In this document: piece by piece, positions 27,129 to 32,000 of the stretch
Layout: each line of letters begins with the position of its first letter
Numbering within the stretch: position 1 is the first letter of the stretch
Source of the DNA: Crocosphaera subtropica ATCC 51142
GTDB lineage: Bacteria; Cyanobacteriota; Cyanobacteriia; Cyanobacteriales; Microcystaceae
NCBI RefSeq assembly: GCF_000017845.1
Contig: NC_010546.1
Span: 3,030,001-3,062,000 of the forward strand
Direction of reading: 5' to 3'
Length of the DNA stretch: 32,000 nt
Made by a program: the position numbers and the translations under genes
Notes under the pieces: model-generated
Database searches by the model: none
Seen by the model: the letters and a program-made list of their open reading frames with translations, nothing else
What the model was told of the DNA's origin: nothing

Positions 27129-28472
27129 ATGAATTTTTTATCATCCTCCTCTGAATATCCTCATTTTAATCTTCTGAGTATTGGCCAGCGTGGTGTAGGA
27201 AAAACCGTATTTTTAGCTGGTAGCTACGCAGAAATGAATCAAGTTTCTGCTGATGAAAATCACCAAAAAATTTGGTTTGAATGTGAGAACGAAGAGGATA
27301 AAAAAACCCTCAATTCTATTTTAGACTATGTGAAACGAACTGGCGAATATCCGCCACCAACGTTAAAAATGACCAATTTTGATTTTATTTTAAAACAAAA
27401 AAATCATAAAAAAGCAAAAACACTATGTGATTTTAGTTGGTCTGATATTCCAGGAGAATATTGTGATTTTAATCACCCTGATTTTCAAGACCTGGTGCTT
27501 TCTTCTCATAGTTGTTGTGTCTTTATTAATGGGGAAAAATTGGTCAAAGATCCTACCTATATCGATGAATTAGAAGGATTAGTTAAACAAGTAATGGCCA
27601 TTGCTATTTTAATCGATCAAAAAGCCATAGATTATAGATTTGCTTTGATTATTACTCAATGCGATCGCTTGGCTTCAGGGTCTATGACACGTTTACAAAT
27701 TGAAGAGAATTTACAATTTTTGACCACCCGTCTAGAAGCAGCAGATGCAAACTATCAACGGTTTTATTCAGGAATTCCTATCGTTTCTAACGATAAAGGA
27801 CATTATTTTCAAGTGAAAGGTTCAGCCGCAGCTTTTCTTTGGATTGTCTCAGAATTACAAAAAGGAACCTCGTTATCCCGTCATAATAACTCCTTAGAAG
27901 GGTCGTTAAAAGTTGATATTTCTGCGTTACAATATTGGCTATCTACTTCGCCAAAAATCCTCTGGCCAGTAGTGGGAATTGTGGGTGGTTTATTTGGCTT
28001 AATGGCGGTGGGAATATTGGTACTCAATCAATTGTCACAACCAAACAATGATAATCGAGTAGCCCAACAATTGACTCAACAACTAGAACAAACCATACGC
28101 AACGATCCCAATGACACCGAAAGCAAATTAACGTTAGTGAATCAGTATCTTAATCAAGAAAAAGTCGACCAAGCCATTGATCTTCTTAAGACAATTGTTG
28201 AGCAGGAACCTGATAATTTAGAACGGAAACTTCAGTTAGCTAATTTGTATGAAATCACAGGAAATATACAGCAAGCAGAATCCGTCTACGATAGAATTTT
28301 AGCAGAAAATTCTAGTTATTTTAATGCCCTATTTGGTAAAGCTTTAATCCGTCATAAACAAGGCGATCGCACCACAGCTAAAACCTTATTACAAGAAGCT
28401 GAAAAAAATGCACCTTCAGACGATTTAAGAAGCAAAACGAAGGCAGCTTTAAAACAACTGAATCTAGAATAA
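27129..28472 (+). CDS. Ras-like (TRAFAC-type) GTPase domain + single TM helix + C-terminal TPR repeats
   Basis: 447 aa. The motifs are G1 GQRGVGKT (aa 19-26, nt 27183-27206), a switch-I Thr candidate (PPPTLKMT), G3 DIPGE (aa 106-110) and a G4-like TQCD (aa 176-179). A TM helix ILWPVVGIVGGLFGLMAVGILVL (~27958-28026) follows, then 3-4 TPR-like repeats (aa ~310-447). Confidence 0.65.
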   Translation: MNFLSSSSEYPHFNLLSIGQRGVGKTVFLAGSYAEMNQVSADENHQKIWFECENEEDKKTLNSILDYVKRTGEYPPPTLKMTNFDFILKQKNHKKAKTLCDFSWSDIPGEYCDFNHPDFQDLVLSSHSCCVFINGEKLVKDPTYIDELEGLVKQVMAIAILIDQKAIDYRFALIITQCDRLASGSMTRLQIEENLQFLTTRLEAADANYQRFYSGIPIVSNDKGHYFQVKGSAAAFLWIVSELQKGTSLSRHNNSLEGSLKVDISALQYWLSTSPKILWPVVGIVGGLFGLMAVGILVLNQLSQPNNDNRVAQQLTQQLEQTIRNDPNDTESKLTLVNQYLNQEKVDQAIDLLKTIVEQEPDNLERKLQLANLYEITGNIQQAESVYDRILAENSSYFNALFGKALIRHKQGDRTTAKTLLQEAEKNAPSDDLRSKTKAALKQLNLE

Positions 28473-28490
28473 AAACTTGATAAATAACCT

Positions 28491-28518
28491 GAGTTCGGAG
28501 TTAGGAGTTTAAGGTAAG
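28491..28518. repeat. Heptamer tandem array (GAGTTNG-like), about 4 units
   Basis: The array reads gagttcg gagttag gagttta aggtaag, starting 19 nt after the GTPase gene stop. It has the same orientation and family as the array inside the CDS at 21528-21562. Confidence 0.8.
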
Positions 28519-28673
28519 GTTAATAATAAAAAATAAACCAGAAATAAATTAAAATATCGATTATTAAAATTGAAACCTAGCGTATAATCAACCTAGTTTA
28601 TTAAAAAGATTGTGTTTAAACTTTCTATGGTGTGGGGATGAAGATAATAGTTAGATAATTTTGGAGTTAATCT

Positions 28674-29027
28674 ATGTTTTTAGATGAAGTTAGTTTTCTT
28701 GATATTTTCCTTGAAGGATTAAAAGTCCTGGGAATGATTTTTTTACTGCTAACCTTAGTGGATGCAGCCGAGAAATATCCCTCCTTAGCAGGTAGTCGAT
28801 GGAATCTTATTATTCTTGGGTTTGTCTTGATGTTAGTTGGCTTTGCTTTTGATTGGTCTGATGAGTTTATTAATTATGAAGCTTCTTCTTTATTAAATAT
28901 TATTGAGGTTGTAATTGAAGAAGTGGGATTAATTGGTGGACTTTTTTTAGTCACATTTGGATTTAAAAGTTGGTTTAGGTTTATGAGTCGTTTCTTAGGA
29001 ATCTCATCGGCTAATCGTGACAGGTAG
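28674..29027 (+). CDS. Small integral membrane protein, hypothetical
   Basis: 117 aa with 3-4 hydrophobic helices (VLGMIFLLLTLV, LIILGFVLMLVGFAF, VGLIGGLFLVTFGF). No recognisable motif. Confidence 0.45.
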   Translation: MFLDEVSFLDIFLEGLKVLGMIFLLLTLVDAAEKYPSLAGSRWNLIILGFVLMLVGFAFDWSDEFINYEASSLLNIIEVVIEEVGLIGGLFLVTFGFKSWFRFMSRFLGISSANRDR

Positions 29028-29196
29028 CTATCTTTTCAGCCAACATCAATACTGTATAAGTTTTGACGACTTAACTGAGTTATCTTCAAGGTTAATTTTA
29101 GTTTAACAAAAAGTTATTAAATCAAGAAAGATTTATTGAGAAGATTCTGCTATAAATAACGAGAAATCATCAGAAAATTGACTATTATTTGTTCTC

Positions 29197-30894
29197 ATGA
29201 CCCTTTCTAAAAAACTATCAAATCTGATTGCCTCATCGATTATTCTTGGTTCATTTTTCATGTTTTCCCAATCTGCACAGGGGATGAAACTCTCTTTGAA
29301 TCTTTTGGGGACCCATGAAACCGGCATTTTTGATGAAGGTTCAGCAGAAATTCCAGCCTACGATCCCCTTAGTGGTAGAGTGTTTGTCGTCAATGGATTT
29401 GCCAATGAACTAACGGTTTTGGATATTAATAATCCGAGAAATCCTATTGCTTTATCTCCCATTAGTTTAACGGGAGGAGGGGTTAATAGTGTAGCGGTGA
29501 AAAATGGTGTTGTGGCCGTAGCAGAACAAGCAACCATCAAAACCGATCCAGGAATGGTGTCCTTTTATAACACCGATGGACTCTTTTTAAACAGTGTTAT
29601 GGTGGGCGCTTTACCGGATATGTTGGACTTTACTCCAGATGGTAGCAAAATTTTAGTGGCCAACGAAGGAGAACCGAACGATGATTATACAATCGATCCA
29701 GAAGGTTCGGTCAGTATTATTGATATTAGTGGTGGCATTGGTTCTCTGAGTCAATCTAATGTCATTACAGCAGGTTTCCAAGCATTTAATAATAGTCGTC
29801 AGCAATTAATTGATGCAGGGGTTCGTATTTTTGGCCCCGATGCCGACAATCTTACTGATCCTGATGCTATTGCTACTGTAGCGCGAGACTTAGAACCCGA
29901 ATACATTGCCATTTCAGAGGACTCAACCACTGCTTGGGTAGCGTTACAAGAAAACAATGCCTTAGGGGTTTTAGACATCAACAGTGGAACCTTTACCAAT
30001 ATTATTCCCCTTGGGTTTAAGGATTATTCTTTAGACGGTAATTCCTTGGATGCCAGTAACGAAGATGGAACCATTAATCTTCAAACCTATGATAATCTTT
30101 TCGGGATGTATCAACCCGATGCGATCGCTACTTACACCGTCAATGGTCAAACCTATATTGTGACGGCCAATGAAGGAGACTCAAGGGATTACGATGGATT
30201 TAGTGAAGAGGCCAGAGTTGCAGATGTTGTCCTCGATCCAGATGCTTTTCCTAATGCAACTGAACTTCAACAAGACTCAGTTTTAGGTCGTTTAAATATT
30301 ACCACCACGTTAGGTGATATAGATAACGACGGAGACTTTGATGAACTCTATTCCTATGGGGCCCGTTCTTTTAGCATTTGGGATGATGAGGGTAACTTAG
30401 TTTTCGATAGTGGTAATCAATTTGAGGTTCTCTTAGCTCAACTTTTACCTGAATATTTTAATGCCAGTAATGATAACAATACCTTTGATAATCGTAGTGA
30501 CGATAAAGGACCCGAACCCGAAGCCGTTACCATCGGGAGGATAGGTGATCAAATCTATGCCTTTATTGGCTTAGAACGGATTGGCGGGATCATGATTTAT
30601 AACATCACCGATCCTGAGAATCCTTCTTTTGTGAACTATACCAATAATAGAAACTTTACTGAGGATGTCATGACTTCTGCGGCCGGAGATTTAGGGCCTG
30701 AAGGGGTCGTCTTTATTAATCCCGAAGACAGTCCCACCAATTCACCTTTATTAGTCGTTGCCAACGAAATTAGTGGAACAACCAGTGTTTATGGGATTTC
30801 TAAAGTCCCTGAACCCAATGCTATTTTAGGATTAATGACAGTAGGTTTGATGGGAAGTTTCCGACTGTTGAAACACCGCAAAAAATCTAATTAG
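29197..30894 (+). CDS. Secreted beta-propeller protein of the 'choice-of-anchor I' type (phosphatase/phytase-like) with a PEP-CTERM anchor
   Basis: 565 aa with a signal peptide (ILGSFFMFSQSAQG). Motifs LEPEYIAISEDSTTAWVALQENNALGVLD, YQPDAIA, ANEGDSRDY and GPEPEAV fit this family. The C-terminus VPEPNAILGLMTVGLMGSFRLLKHRKKSN is a PEP-CTERM sorting signal. Confidence 0.7.
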   Translation: MTLSKKLSNLIASSIILGSFFMFSQSAQGMKLSLNLLGTHETGIFDEGSAEIPAYDPLSGRVFVVNGFANELTVLDINNPRNPIALSPISLTGGGVNSVAVKNGVVAVAEQATIKTDPGMVSFYNTDGLFLNSVMVGALPDMLDFTPDGSKILVANEGEPNDDYTIDPEGSVSIIDISGGIGSLSQSNVITAGFQAFNNSRQQLIDAGVRIFGPDADNLTDPDAIATVARDLEPEYIAISEDSTTAWVALQENNALGVLDINSGTFTNIIPLGFKDYSLDGNSLDASNEDGTINLQTYDNLFGMYQPDAIATYTVNGQTYIVTANEGDSRDYDGFSEEARVADVVLDPDAFPNATELQQDSVLGRLNITTTLGDIDNDGDFDELYSYGARSFSIWDDEGNLVFDSGNQFEVLLAQLLPEYFNASNDNNTFDNRSDDKGPEPEAVTIGRIGDQIYAFIGLERIGGIMIYNITDPENPSFVNYTNNRNFTEDVMTSAAGDLGPEGVVFINPEDSPTNSPLLVVANEISGTTSVYGISKVPEPNAILGLMTVGLMGSFRLLKHRKKSN

Positions 30895-30905
30895 AGACTT
30901 GGACT

Positions 30906-30960
30906 AGAGGGAGTTTGGATAACTGGTTACTGATCACTGGTAACGGGTAATACTCCCTCT
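30906..30960. repeat. Hairpin (9-bp perfect stem) enclosing a heptamer array (TNACTGG)5; overlaps the 3' end of dusA
   Basis: AGAGGGAGT (30906-14) pairs with ACTCCCTCT (30952-60). The loop is taactgg ttactga tcactgg taacggg taatact (30920-54). A T7 run follows at 30969-75 on the + strand, so this may terminate the convergent 29197-30894 gene. On the minus strand the array encodes the dusA tail EGVLPVTSDQ*. Confidence 0.7.
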
Positions 30961-31940
30961 CTCGGAACTTTTTTTAACCCTTGAACAATCACTTGAGAAT
31001 CTGCACCAGGTAAATGAGCATTTTCGCTAATATGTCGTTTCCACGCTTTTGTCCCTGGAATACCGGAAAAAATGGCTAATAAATGCCGACTAATTTTATG
31101 AAGTTTATGACCCCGACTGACCCAATCATCGATATAAGGTAACATTTTTTCGATGATTTGATGGCGAGTCAACTGCGTTACCTTGTCTCGGTAAATATCT
31201 CGATCAACAGTGGCGAGTAAATAGGGATTATCGTAAGCACTGCGGCCAATCATGACAGCATCCACTAATTTTAAATGATTTCGCACTTGTTCAAGATTGG
31301 TAATGCCTCCATTAATCTCAATAAAAAGCTGAGGAAATTCCTGTTTAAGACGATAAACCTCTTGGTATCGTAAGGGGGGAATATTGCGGTTTTCTTTGGG
31401 ACTTAAGCCTTGTAACCAAGCTTTTCTTGCGTGTACGGTAAAGCGTTGACATCCTGCCTCAGAAACAATCTTGACAAACCGGGCCATGTCTTCATAACTA
31501 TCTTGGTGATCGATACCAATTCGATGCTTAACGGTAACGGGAATAGTAACCCCTTGTTGCATTTTCTCAACACATTGGGCCACTAACTCAGGGTTAGCCA
31601 TTAAACAAGCCCCAAAATGTCCACTTTGAACACGATCGCTGGGACAGCCAACATTCAAATTAACTTCATCATAACCCCAATCTTCGCCAATGATGGCACA
31701 TTCGGCTAATTCTTGGGGGTTGTCTCCTCCTATCTGTAAGGATAGGGGTTTTTCTTCTGGGGAAAAGTCTAATAGTTTCGGGCGATCGCCGTTTATAATG
31801 GCTGCGCTGACAATCATTTCTGTATAGAGTAAGGTGTGACGGGTTATTTGTCGCATAAAGTAACGAAAATGGCGATCGGTATAATCCATCATCGGTGCTA
31901 CACTTAAAGGGTTCATTAAGTTAGTTTGATTGTCATTCAT
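30927..31940 (-). CDS. dusA: tRNA-dihydrouridine(20/20a) synthase DusA
   Basis: LSVAPMMDYTDRHFRYF is the DusA-specific N-terminal motif. It has a TIM-barrel FMN site with the catalytic Cys in NLNVGCPSDRV. The track ORF starts at a TTG (31955); the first ATG (MNDNQTN) is at 31940-31938. Confidence 0.9.
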   Translation of the reverse strand: MNDNQTNLMNPLSVAPMMDYTDRHFRYFMRQITRHTLLYTEMIVSAAIINGDRPKLLDFSPEEKPLSLQIGGDNPQELAECAIIGEDWGYDEVNLNVGCPSDRVQSGHFGACLMANPELVAQCVEKMQQGVTIPVTVKHRIGIDHQDSYEDMARFVKIVSEAGCQRFTVHARKAWLQGLSPKENRNIPPLRYQEVYRLKQEFPQLFIEINGGITNLEQVRNHLKLVDAVMIGRSAYDNPYLLATVDRDIYRDKVTQLTRHQIIEKMLPYIDDWVSRGHKLHKISRHLLAIFSGIPGTKAWKRHISENAHLPGADSQVIVQGLKKVPREGVLPVTSDQ

Positions 31941-31955
31941 TATGAGTCTGACCAA

Positions 31956-31976
31956 TCACTGATAACTGGTCACTGC
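31956..31976. repeat. Heptamer array (TNACTGN)3 in the dusA 5' leader
   Basis: The array reads tcactga taactgg tcactgc, 16 nt upstream of the dusA ATG. It has the same family and orientation as 30920-30954. An inverted unit (ttaccagta) occurs at 31992-32000. Confidence 0.7.
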
Positions 31977-32000
31977 TTTAATAGTTTGCTATTACCAGTA

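Noticed and set aside
18380-29196. Searched the accessory-looking segment for CRISPR arrays, reverse transcriptase/retron features, transposase or integrase genes, and terminal inverted repeats of an IS or MITE.
   Set aside because: None was found. The only repeats are heptamer arrays, the 25-nt palindromic element and the coding pentapeptide repeats. Every ORF over 60 aa is accounted for without any mobility gene.
30927-32000. Possibility of a dusA-integrated genomic island, since dusA is a known integration hotspot.
   Set aside because: dusA appears intact, and no integrase, att duplication or island cargo is visible inside the window. Only ~60 nt lie beyond the gene start, so this cannot be judged here. 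It is kept only as a pointer in the findings.

Overview
This 32-kb window is from a low-GC cyanobacterial chromosome. I count at least 16 copies of the HIP1 octamer GCGATCGC (e.g. 17-24, 2698-2705, 5135-5142, 22828-35, 27661-68, 30121-28). It also carries heptamer (STRR-like) tandem arrays, a Synechocystis-type acr3-arsH-arsC operon and two PEP-CTERM proteins. Gene content suggests a unicellular Cyanothece/Crocosphaera-like organism, but the species cannot be determined from sequence alone. About 28 credible CDS are tightly packed, with no rRNA, tRNA, CRISPR array, transposase or integrase. The first ~18 kb is mostly housekeeping: a devB/devC-type exporter, glyS, an ABC-F ATPase, the ars operon, a SPOUT methyltransferase, a GT-C membrane glycosyltransferase, a VanY-type peptidase and a PQQ-dependent sugar dehydrogenase. 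From ~18.4 to 29 kb the content looks accessory: a PEP-CTERM protein, a BrnT/BrnA toxin-antitoxin pair whose antitoxin 3' end is supplied by a small palindromic element, and an AlkA-like glycosylase. The most interesting region is a divergently arranged four-gene cluster at 21086-28472. It encodes (i) a cytosolic protein with an unknown N-terminal domain, a Roadblock/LC7 domain and a V4R domain; (ii) a membrane-anchored TPR plus type-I periplasmic-binding protein; (iii) a STAND-type P-loop NTPase with a single TM helix and a long pentapeptide-repeat domain; and (iv) a Ras-like GTPase with a single TM helix and TPR repeats. I read this as a candidate uncharacterised transmembrane GTPase/STAND signalling or conflict system. 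All functional calls come from motif recognition in the translated ORFs. No database search was possible, so family assignments should be confirmed with HMM or structure searches.
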